From Dickeya solani IPO 2222 (GTDB taxonomy: Bacteria; Pseudomonadota; Gammaproteobacteria; Enterobacterales; Enterobacteriaceae): 32,000 bases of DNA. The DNA is taken from NCBI RefSeq assembly GCF_001644705.1, contig NZ_CP015137.1:3960001-3992000 (forward strand). The letters run 5' to 3'. Shown piece after piece: positions 8,465 to 16,225 of this stretch; position 1 is the first letter of the stretch; the number at the start of each line of letters is the position of its first letter. A program made the position numbers and the translations under genes. Under the pieces are notes generated by a model that saw only the letters and a list, made by a program, of their open reading frames with translations, did no database searches and was not told the origin of the DNA.

Positions 8465-8691
8465 GTCGCATAAAACAAACAAAGCACACGGTATTTATCC
8501 TGTCAGTGAGGAGAATATAAAATAATCAGGTCGGATGAGTCAGGTAATTTCTAGGAGTATTCCATATTCTTTTTATTTCCAGCTTTGCTTTAATCACTCC
8601 CGAGGCGGTTACCTGAACGCTTCGGTTATTAACCAGAATACAAAACGTTATTTTTGGTTAATCGCAAATGACTTGTTAAAGGAAATTCATA

Positions 8692-9120
8692 ATGAATATG
8701 AAACCCCTGTTTTTAGGCGTTATCCTGGCGGCTTCTTACGCACACGCGGCATCGACTGAAGTGAGCGCTAAACCGGTAACCGGAACCGCAGCCAGCGCGG
8801 AAGTGAAAACCACGGCCGCCACCGACGCCACAGCGAGTCAGGAGGCGAGCGGTAAAACGCTGGCGGCAGCGCAACAGACGGCTACCGGCACCGATGCTCA
8901 GGTAAAAACGCATGAGCAGCCAGCGGTGAAAGCGCACAGTGATAAAAAGATTACGCATAAAAAAGCCGCCACGGCGGAAAAAGAAAACACGGCGACAGAA
9001 AAAGCGGGAAAAGGAAAAGTAGCGGAGCATAAAATAACGGCAGAGAAAAAGAAAAACACCGTAGACAAGCAAGAAGATCAAAAAATAACAGCGCCGACAA
9101 CGGCGACTAAAGCGGAATAG
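8692..9120 (+). CDS. Secreted low-complexity Ala/Thr/Lys-rich protein (hypothetical)
   Basis: 142 aa. Signal peptide MNMKPLFLGVILAASYAHA/AS. The mature part has no Cys or aromatic residues, with a Thr/Ala-rich half followed by a Lys-rich half carrying KIT motifs. AAGGA lies about 9 nt upstream. Low GC. Confidence 0.6.
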   Translation: MNMKPLFLGVILAASYAHAASTEVSAKPVTGTAASAEVKTTAATDATASQEASGKTLAAAQQTATGTDAQVKTHEQPAVKAHSDKKITHKKAATAEKENTATEKAGKGKVAEHKITAEKKKNTVDKQEDQKITAPTTATKAE

Positions 9121-9336
9121 TTGTTTATTAACTCGATTAATAATTATGCCAGTCACTGAAGGGAGTCAGTAATAACCGAAGAGGCATCATCGGGCTGGCG
9201 CCCTTATTTTCCGGCTGGTCATCGTCTGTTTTTTGCCTGATGCAGAGAACAGATAGGATGCCCGGCCGGGACTCATTGCGCTCGTCGTTGATTCACGGGC
9301 ACCTTCTCTCCGGTTATCCAACAACCTATCACCCTG

Positions 9337-9408
9337 TCTGCCGACGGGATATTGCCTACCGACGGGATACTTCCTACCGATGGGATATTTCCTACCGATG
9401 GGATACTT
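9337..9408. repeat. 18-bp tandem repeat, 4 copies (CCTACCGAYGGGATAYTT)
   Basis: Units at 9337, 9355, 9373 and 9391. The first is degenerate and the last three differ at 1-2 positions. Confidence 0.9.
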
Positions 9409-9432
9409 CCCGGTCAGTATCACACCGGGAAG
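9406..9432 (-). terminator. Perfect 9-bp stem-loop 14 nt 3' of the ASST-Trx gene stop (no U-tract)
   Basis: CTTCCCGGT (9406-9414), a 9-nt loop, then ACCGGGAAG (9424-9432). No T-run follows on either strand. Confidence 0.35.
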
Positions 9433-9445
9433 TGGACGTGATTAA

Positions 9446-11239
9446 TTAGCGTGGGATAGCGCTTAACCACTGACGCAACGCGTCCGCGCTCTGCGCGCCG
9501 GTGAGCCTGGCCTGCTCCTGACCGTCTTGCAGCCACAACAGGGTGGGCAGCGAACGGACCTGCAACTGCGCGGCGTGCGGCAGATGATGGTCGGCGTCCA
9601 GATAGTAGCAGGATAGCGCGCTGAACGCGGCGTCGCCGATGACCGTTTCCAACTGGCGATACAGACTCTTACAGTGCACGCAGCGTTCCGCGCCCACCAG
9701 CAGCAACTGGGTGCCGGCGGGCAGCGACAGCGCGTCATCCTGCGCCAGCGATAAAGCGGTAAAGCGGCTGCGGTTGACGGCGAACAGCTTCGGGCTGCGT
9801 TTCAGATCGTCGCTGTCGGTAGCGACGCACAGCGCATCGCCGCCGCGTTTATACGGCCGGGTTTCGCTGACGGCAACGACGCTGGCGAAACCGGCTGGCG
9901 CGGCGCCGGGCTGGCGCAGCCGGGTGTTGTCCGGCGCCTGTACCGGGGTTTCCTGCGGGCGCGGCAGTTGCGGCACCCAGTCGTACGGCACCCGGTAGGC
10001 GCGGTACAGCATATTGGTGTTGACGCTTTTGCCCCAGAACGGCGAGATGTATTCCCAGACGATCTCGTGGTCCGCCGTCACTTCGAACAGGCGGCCGTTG
10101 GCGCCTTCGTTGATCAGCGTGTTGCCGTTCGGCAAGCGCTGGATATTGCTGATGTACGGGCTGTAGAAACGAAAGGCGTCGGTCGGGTGCGGAATCCCGG
10201 CTTCGTACGGCGAATAGCGCCAGACGATATCCAGCGTCACCGGGTTGATTTCCAGCACGCGCGAGTAGTCGCGCCAGGCGTTCTTCACCCCGTCGGCCGA
10301 CGCCGGGTTGGGCGCGCCGTAACCGGCCCAGCCGCCGTTGTCGAACACCAGAATATTGCCCGCGCCCGGTAAGCCGGCCGGGATCATGTGCGCATGATGC
10401 TGGCCGATGATCCAGCCCAGATGTTTCAGTTCCGGCGTGCTGTAGTCCGGGCCGAGCCGCCATACGATATCGCCGCTCTGCTTGTCGATGATGGCGATAA
10501 TGTTGGATTCGCGCGCATCCCAGATGATGTTGTCTGGATGGAAGCGGGCGTCGCCCTGATCGAACCACGGGTTGGGACCGAGGGCGGACATCGAGTTGAT
10601 GTGCATCCAGTCGCCCATGCCGCCGCCGCTGCTGCGCATGTTGGGGTTTCGGTACAGCGCGATTTTGGCGGCGTCGTCAAAGCCCAGCTCGTCAAAATGA
10701 TCGCTGCACCGCCATTCCCACACCACGTTGCCCTGCCAGTCCACTTCAATGATGGTGTCGTCCAGCAGCAGCTTGTCGCTGATTTTCGGGTTATGCAGAT
10801 TTTGGTGCGCCAGAATCAGCGTATTGCCGCCGAGCGCCTGCGGCTCCAGCCCCGGCGCATAGTAGCCCACCGGGTTGCCGCTGCGCTGGTAGTCGTGATG
10901 GGCGCGCGCCATCCACTCCGGCGGCAAGTCCGGGTCGTGGATGTGTTCGTAACGGTTGAATTGCCAGACCCGGTTGCCGTCCCAGTCCAGTTGCACCAGA
11001 TCCACCATGTCCTGCATGCCGTAGCGGGCGTCGCGCTGGCCGCTGTGACCGAGGATATAACCGCCCGGCAGAATCTTGTTGGGAAAACCGTGCAGACCTT
11101 CCCACAGCCGCAGCGCCGCCCCGTTCATGTCGATCAAGACCGCGCCGGTTTCCAGCGCCTGGAAGACGGTGTAACCGCCCCAGGCTTTGTCCGGGTGATA
11201 GATCGTGGTGCCGGTCGGGTAAACGGAAGGGTGTCCCAT
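9446..11239 (-). CDS. Arylsulfotransferase-like (ASST, beta-propeller) protein fused to a C-terminal thioredoxin-like CxxC domain, no signal peptide
   Basis: The N-terminal ~470 aa looks ASST-like (DWMHINS, IIWDARESNIIAIID, repeated WxW blades). The C-terminal ~110 aa has a thioredoxin-like layout with CVHC. ATG 11239 has GGAG about 7 nt upstream. The listed start 11311 would overlap the upstream ATPase gene. Confidence 0.8.
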   Translation of the reverse strand: MGHPSVYPTGTTIYHPDKAWGGYTVFQALETGAVLIDMNGAALRLWEGLHGFPNKILPGGYILGHSGQRDARYGMQDMVDLVQLDWDGNRVWQFNRYEHIHDPDLPPEWMARAHHDYQRSGNPVGYYAPGLEPQALGGNTLILAHQNLHNPKISDKLLLDDTIIEVDWQGNVVWEWRCSDHFDELGFDDAAKIALYRNPNMRSSGGGMGDWMHINSMSALGPNPWFDQGDARFHPDNIIWDARESNIIAIIDKQSGDIVWRLGPDYSTPELKHLGWIIGQHHAHMIPAGLPGAGNILVFDNGGWAGYGAPNPASADGVKNAWRDYSRVLEINPVTLDIVWRYSPYEAGIPHPTDAFRFYSPYISNIQRLPNGNTLINEGANGRLFEVTADHEIVWEYISPFWGKSVNTNMLYRAYRVPYDWVPQLPRPQETPVQAPDNTRLRQPGAAPAGFASVVAVSETRPYKRGGDALCVATDSDDLKRSPKLFAVNRSRFTALSLAQDDALSLPAGTQLLLVGAERCVHCKSLYRQLETVIGDAAFSALSCYYLDADHHLPHAAQLQVRSLPTLLWLQDGQEQARLTGAQSADALRQWLSAIPR

Positions 11240-11270
11240 GTGCGTACTCCATTTAGTCAGTGATGAGTCT

Positions 11271-12074
11271 TTAGTCAGTGATAAGCGTGGCGGCCGGCGA
11301 GGCCGGGGCATCGGAGTGAGTCAGCAGCGCGAGCAGTTCGCTGCATTGCTGGTGGAAGGCCTGACTGTCGCGCTGGCGTGGGTGCGGCAGCGTCACCGTG
11401 GCGATCTGTTTCAGACGGCCGGGCCGGGGCGCCAGCACCACCACCCGGTCGGCCAGATACACCGCTTCTTCCACATCGTGGGTGACCAGCAGGGTGGTGG
11501 TGCCCTCCTGCTGATGAATCCGCCGCAGTTCCTGTTGCATTTGCTGGCGGGTCAGCGCGTCCAGCGCGCCGAACGGCTCGTCGAGCATCAGAATGCGTGG
11601 GTTGCCCACCAGCCCGCGGGCGATCGCCACCCGTTGCGCCATGCCGCCGGACAACTGGGCGGGCAGGGCGTCGGCGAACTCGTCCAGATGCACCAGCCGA
11701 ATGAAATGGTCGACCCGGCGGGCGAGGTCGGCCCGGCCAATCTTTTCGCTCGCCAGCCCCAGTTCGATGTTCTGGCGCACCGTCAGCCACGGGAACAGCC
11801 TTGGCTCCTGAAACACGATGCCGCGCTCGCCGCCGATGCCGTTTATCGGCGCGCCGTCTACCAGAATGCGGCCCTGATAATCGTCATCCAGCCCGACCAG
11901 CAGGCGCAGCAGCGTGGATTTGCCGCAGCCGCTGCTGCCGACAATCGCCACCAGTTCGCCGGGATAAATCGCCAGCGAGAGGTCGTCGATAACCGTCAGC
12001 GGGTTGCCGCCGACGCGAAACTGTTTTTTCAGGCGGTCGAAGGCGACCACCGGTTGGGGGAGCGGTTGCGTCAT
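11271..12074 (-). CDS. ABC ATPase, NitT/TauT (SsuB/TauB-like) family
   Basis: Walker A GSSGCGKST, signature LSGGMAQRV, Walker B LMLDEPFGALD. Its start overlaps the permease stop (ATGA). Confidence 0.9.
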   Translation of the reverse strand: MTQPLPQPVVAFDRLKKQFRVGGNPLTVIDDLSLAIYPGELVAIVGSSGCGKSTLLRLLVGLDDDYQGRILVDGAPINGIGGERGIVFQEPRLFPWLTVRQNIELGLASEKIGRADLARRVDHFIRLVHLDEFADALPAQLSGGMAQRVAIARGLVGNPRILMLDEPFGALDALTRQQMQQELRRIHQQEGTTTLLVTHDVEEAVYLADRVVVLAPRPGRLKQIATVTLPHPRQRDSQAFHQQCSELLALLTHSDAPASPAATLITD

Positions 12075-13675
12075 AGGGTATCTCCTGTGGTGCGCCAGCG
12101 GGTCATGCGCTGTTCCAGCCGCTGACCGAGGTGGTCGATCAGCGCGCCGGTGACGCCAATCAGCAGCATGCCGCTGAGAATGATGGGCATATCCAGCAGT
12201 TGCTGGGCATTAATCATCAGGCTGCCGATGCCGGTGCCGGACGACATGAAATATTCCGCGCCGATGGCGCCGAGCCAGGCGTAAATCATCGCCAGCCGCA
12301 GCCCGGTGAACAGCGCAGGCGCCGCGCCGGGCAGGATCAGTACGCGCAGGCGGCGCAACCACGGCAGGCGTAGCACCTGCGCCACCTCCTGCAACGCGAG
12401 GGAGCGCTGGCGCACGCCACGATGACTGGCGACCAGCATCGGAAAGAACGCCACCAGCGCGATGAAGGTCACCTTGCCGCCGTCGTCATTGCCGACCCAG
12501 GCGGTAATCAGCGGCAGCCAGGCGAACAGCGCCACCTGGCGCAGCAGGGTCAGCGTCGGGGTAAACACCGCCTCGGCGCGCGTACTCAGCCCCAGCGCCA
12601 GCCCGGCCAGCAGACCGCCGCTCACGCCAAGCGCGCCGCCCGTCAGCGCCCGCCACAGGCTGTGGCGCATGGCGTCGGGCAGCGAACCGTCGCTCACGCC
12701 ATGCCAGATAGCGCGGAGGACCTCGCCGGGCGGCGGCAACAGCAGCGCGTCGACCCAGCCGTGATGGCTGGCCAGTTGCCACAGCGCCAGCAATAACAGC
12801 GGCACCGCCAGTCCGATAGATTGGCTGGCAGGCGCGGCGTGCAGCCGGCCGACCGGCGGGTGCGGCCAGACGATCAGCCGTTGGTCCAGTTGGCTGATGC
12901 CCCATTCCATCAGCAGACCGGTCAGCCCGATGACGGCGATGCACACCAACACAATATCCAACTGGAATAGCTGACGCCCCCACACCATCAGATAGCCGAT
13001 GCCCTGCGACGAGGCGAGCAATTCCACCACAATCAGCGACACCCAGGCTTGCGACAGCGCCAGCCGCAGGCCGGTAAACCACACCGGCAACGCGGCGGGC
13101 AGAATCAGCCGGGTCAGACGGGTCAGGCGCGGCAGGCGCAGGGTGCGTGCCACGTCGAGCAACGTTGGCGGCACATCGCGCACGCCGCGCTGGCTGTGCA
13201 GCGTCACCGGCACGATCACCGCTTTGATCAGCACCGCCAGCTTGAGGCCGTCGTCGATGCCGAACAGCACCATAAACAGCGGGATCCAGCCGAGCGTGGG
13301 GATTTGAGCCAGCGCATAGACGGTGGGATACAGCAGCCGTTCCGCCCGTACCGATGCCCCCATCAAGGCGCCCAGCAGCGTCCCGGCCAGCACGCCAGCG
13401 GCGAGCCCGCTCACCAGACGGTGCAGGCTGATCAATAACTGACTGAGCAGATCGCCCTGCAGCAGGGAAATAGCCGTCGTTACCACCCGTGAGGGGGCGG
13501 GCAGAATTTGCGGCGGCATCCACCCAAGCTTGCTGCTGAGGCTCCACAGCAGCAACACCGCCAGCGGCAACAGCAACGGCGCGACAATGCGCCGGGTAAG
13601 GCGCGGCGCGAGCGGGTGTGTCACCGGCAGGTCTTTCACTGCCCAGGATTTATGCATGACCAAAGGCTTATTCAT
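12071..13675 (-). CDS. Fused tandem ABC permease (two SsuC/TauC-like BPD_transp_1 domains in one polypeptide)
   Basis: Two homologous halves are present, each with the pattern LxRxxxGxxxGxxxG ... RTLRLP/QVLRLP ... LPxAxPxxFTGLRLA. The start is ATG 13675 or 13657. The listed 13780 start adds an implausible AT-rich leader. Confidence 0.8.
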   Translation of the reverse strand: MNKPLVMHKSWAVKDLPVTHPLAPRLTRRIVAPLLLPLAVLLLWSLSSKLGWMPPQILPAPSRVVTTAISLLQGDLLSQLLISLHRLVSGLAAGVLAGTLLGALMGASVRAERLLYPTVYALAQIPTLGWIPLFMVLFGIDDGLKLAVLIKAVIVPVTLHSQRGVRDVPPTLLDVARTLRLPRLTRLTRLILPAALPVWFTGLRLALSQAWVSLIVVELLASSQGIGYLMVWGRQLFQLDIVLVCIAVIGLTGLLMEWGISQLDQRLIVWPHPPVGRLHAAPASQSIGLAVPLLLLALWQLASHHGWVDALLLPPPGEVLRAIWHGVSDGSLPDAMRHSLWRALTGGALGVSGGLLAGLALGLSTRAEAVFTPTLTLLRQVALFAWLPLITAWVGNDDGGKVTFIALVAFFPMLVASHRGVRQRSLALQEVAQVLRLPWLRRLRVLILPGAAPALFTGLRLAMIYAWLGAIGAEYFMSSGTGIGSLMINAQQLLDMPIILSGMLLIGVTGALIDHLGQRLEQRMTRWRTTGDTL

Positions 13676-13915
13676 TTTTATTTGTAAGCTCAGCCAAAAT
13701 GAATCGATAGGGTATAAAAGCCTGATTTTTCGGTGATACGCCAATGCAATAAACCGATATCGCATGTGCAAGAAATGCATATGACCTGCTATCCGGCATC
13801 GGGGCTGATTTATGCTTTTTTTGGCTGAGAAATCATGGAAATGTTATTTACGGTGCCACGGTTGCGTTCGCTAGTTTCTCGTCATTGTCACCACCTGCAA
13901 TCAGTGGAGAAAAAC

Positions 13916-15013
13916 ATGCAACAACAACAAGATCGCCATCGTTACCGTGGCTGGTTCGGCCGGTTTAAAAGCGCTGGGCTAGTGCTGTTGACGGTCGCGG
14001 CGCTGGGGAATACTGCGCAGGCACAAGAGGCGAAACCGACGGAAATCCGCATCGGGCTGCCGGATCAGAGCGCGGGCAGCAAGCCGTTTATCGGCGGACC
14101 GCTGGGGCTGGCCTATATTCGCCACAGCCTGGAACAGGCGTTTGAACCACAGGGCATCAAAGTACGTTGGTCGTTTTTTAAAGGCGCGGGACCGGCGGTG
14201 AATGAGGCGCTGGCCAACCAGCAACTGGATGTGGCGTACCTCGGCGATCTGGCGGCGATCATCGGCCGTTCCGGCGGGTTGCCGACCCGTGTACTGCTGG
14301 GGTCGCGCGGTTCCAGTTCGTATCTGGCGGCGACGCCGGAATCCGGCATTGCGCGGATTGAGGATCTGCGCGGCAAACGGGTGGCGGTCTACAAAGGCAC
14401 CGCCGACCAGCTATCGTTTGAGCGGGCGCTGAAAAGCGCCGGGCTGAACGAACGGGATATCCGGGTCATCAACCTTGACTGGACCGCCGGCAAAGCGGCG
14501 CTGGCGGCCCGGCGCGTCGATGCGGTGTGGGGCGGCGTGTCGCTGCTGGCGCTGCGCCCGCAGGGGATTCGGATCATCACCTCCAGCCGCGACCTGGGCT
14601 GGGCCAATACCACCCAGGCAGTGGTGTTGGCGACGCAGGATTTTATCCAGCGCTATCCGCAGGTCACTCAACAACTGGCGGCGGTGCTGGTGCAGGAAGC
14701 GCACTGGGTCAGCGACCCGGCGCATCTGGCGGACTATATCCAACTGATGGCGGATCAGAGCCAGATTCCGGCCGCGCTGTTTGAAGAGCAGTTCCGGCCG
14801 GATTCGCTCAACCTGCAAAGTTCGCCGCGTCTGGACCCGTTCCTGCGCAGCAACCTGCAAGACAGCGTGCAACGCGCCCACGCCGCCGGATTAATTCGTT
14901 CCGCGTTTTCGGTGGAGGAGTGGCTGGATAACCGCGTTGTCGATCAGGCGCTGACCGACCTGAAACTGGAGCACCAGTGGCCGGATTATGACGCCAGCGG
15001 TAAGCCCCAGTAA
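13916..15013 (+). CDS. SsuA/TauA-like (NMT1 family) periplasmic substrate-binding protein
   Basis: ATG 13916 is preceded by GTGGAGA. Signal peptide ending AQA/QE. LRGKRVAVYKGTADQ and VDAVWGG are typical of sulfonate/nitrate-type binding proteins. It is divergent from the permease operon. Confidence 0.8.
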   Translation: MQQQQDRHRYRGWFGRFKSAGLVLLTVAALGNTAQAQEAKPTEIRIGLPDQSAGSKPFIGGPLGLAYIRHSLEQAFEPQGIKVRWSFFKGAGPAVNEALANQQLDVAYLGDLAAIIGRSGGLPTRVLLGSRGSSSYLAATPESGIARIEDLRGKRVAVYKGTADQLSFERALKSAGLNERDIRVINLDWTAGKAALAARRVDAVWGGVSLLALRPQGIRIITSSRDLGWANTTQAVVLATQDFIQRYPQVTQQLAAVLVQEAHWVSDPAHLADYIQLMADQSQIPAALFEEQFRPDSLNLQSSPRLDPFLRSNLQDSVQRAHAAGLIRSAFSVEEWLDNRVVDQALTDLKLEHQWPDYDASGKPQ

Positions 15014-15079
15014 CACAGTAGTAGTAACATATTAGTAGTAACGCATTAGCAGTAACACATTAGTCGTAACGCATTATAC
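15010..15079. repeat. 14-bp tandem repeat, 5 copies (GTAACRYATTAGYA-like)
   Basis: GTAAC recurs at 15010, 15024, 15038, 15052 and 15066. The array spans both convergent stop codons (15011-15013 and 15074-15076). Confidence 0.9.
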
Positions 15080-16000
15080 GGCGCAGGGCGGGCGCAGCCG
15101 GTCCTGCTCCAGAATAGTGTCAATCATCAGTTGTGCCAGCGGCGGCGGCGGTTTTTGCAGGCTGGAGATAATCCCGAACCGGGTCTGCATCTGCGCCCAT
15201 TCCGCTGGCTGCTCGGCGAGGGCGATCGCCACCAGTTGATGGCTGTCGCGGCCGAGCGCAAATCCGTCCTCGCTGGAAAAACTGATCGCCTGGGTATGGC
15301 GCAGCACGCTGAACACCGAATAGATGTGGTCGCACTGAATCTGCGGACGATAGTCCGGCTGGCCGGTCAGCGCCGCCAGCACCTTGCGCATGCCGACCGG
15401 CAAATAGGGTGATGCGAGCGGAAAGCGCAGCAGGTCGTCGGGGGTAACCTGAGGCTGTTGCGCCAGTGGGTGATCGCGGTGGCAGATGAAAAAGCAGCGG
15501 CGTGGGTTGAGCGGCTGCACCCGTAACTGCGGGTCCAGCTCGGCTTGCCAGGTGTCGGCCACGAAAAACGGCCACTCTTCGGCCTGTAGCCGTTGATGCA
15601 GCGCATGCCAGTTGTCGACGCAGTAGGTGACGCGTGCCCGCGGTCGCAGCGAGTGAAAGGCGGACACGGCCCGCGGGATCAGCGCCGCCGCCGGCGCGGG
15701 ACCGCAACCGAACGCCAGCTCGCCGGCGTCATCCTCTCCGAGTTGCCGCATGTCCTGAATCAGCTCCCACGACAGCACCTGCATACGCTGGGCGAATGGC
15801 AGCAGCTTTTTGCCCTGCCAGGTCAGCGTGAACTGCTTGCTGTGCCGATCCACCAACGGGTGACCGAGGGTTTGTTCCAGCGTCTGAATACTGCGGCTGA
15901 ACGCGGATTGCGACAGGCAAACCGCCTCAGCCGCCTGCACAAAACTGCGGTGTTCCGCCAGCGCCAGAAAATTGCGCAGTTGCCGTAAATCCAGATGCAT
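15074..16000 (-). CDS. LysR-family transcriptional regulator
   Basis: 308 aa. wHTH LRQLRNFLALAEHRSFVQAAEAVCLSQSAFSRSIQTLE. Paralogue of the 471..1412 CDS. Confidence 0.9.
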   Translation of the reverse strand: MHLDLRQLRNFLALAEHRSFVQAAEAVCLSQSAFSRSIQTLEQTLGHPLVDRHSKQFTLTWQGKKLLPFAQRMQVLSWELIQDMRQLGEDDAGELAFGCGPAPAAALIPRAVSAFHSLRPRARVTYCVDNWHALHQRLQAEEWPFFVADTWQAELDPQLRVQPLNPRRCFFICHRDHPLAQQPQVTPDDLLRFPLASPYLPVGMRKVLAALTGQPDYRPQIQCDHIYSVFSVLRHTQAISFSSEDGFALGRDSHQLVAIALAEQPAEWAQMQTRFGIISSLQKPPPPLAQLMIDTILEQDRLRPPCAV

Positions 16001-16073
16001 GATGGCCTCGCTAGGGGGGATATTCCGGGCAGCTTGGGCTGGCGGTCATGGGTAACGCAATAAACAAAAATGT

Positions 16074-16092
16074 ATAACTTATAACGTGTTAT
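16074..16092. promoter_or_regulatory. Candidate LysR-type box ATAAC-N9-GTTAT upstream of the regulator
   Basis: Inverted repeat ATAACTTATAACGTGTTAT, 74-92 bp upstream of the LysR start at 16000. The position is compatible with autoregulation. This is motif-level only. Confidence 0.25.
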
Positions 16093-16101
16093 CGGGTGGT
16101 C

Positions 16102-16129
16102 ATGCCGGACGGTGTCCGGCATTTTCTCC
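16102..16129 (+). terminator. Terminator-like hairpin with the T-tract on the + strand
   Basis: ATGCCGGAC-GGT-GTCCGGCAT followed by TTTCTCC. There is no T-tract for the - strand reading. Confidence 0.35.
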
Positions 16130-16225
16130 AGCGGTCGGGTAATGAAGGACATCGTCTGGGCTATCTCGCGCTTCCGAGACCCGCTTAATGACTTACGGTA
16201 CTACAGTAAGCGCATCGCACAGGCG

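Noticed and set aside
5998-8487. Minus-strand ORFs 5998..6225 and 8173..8487, which look like a conserved paralogous pair (MFIANRLDASNI...).
   Set aside because: Their similarity is a by-product of the direct DNA repeat (metI 3' end plus downstream). Both run antisense to the metI-like sequence.
6343-8497. A ~30-bp inverted resemblance between 6343-6375 (reverse complement AAAACAAACGTGCACTATTTAT) and 8470-8497 (AAAACAAACAAAGCACACGGTATTTAT), hinting at an inversion boundary.
   Set aside because: The match is short, AT-rich and gapped, and it does not extend on either side. It is insufficient without a computed alignment.
9337-9408. Possibility that the three tandem arrays (9337-9408, 15010-15079, 21918-21992) are CRISPR arrays.
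   Set aside because: The units are head-to-tail with no unique spacers and are far shorter than CRISPR repeats. No cas genes are present.
9187-9423. 78-aa minus-strand ORF with KYPIGR hexapeptide repeats.
   Set aside because: It is simply the 18-bp tandem DNA repeat read in frame. It has a GTG start inside the hairpin loop (9415-9423), no SD, and a low-complexity remainder. I treated it as a DNA repeat and not as a gene.
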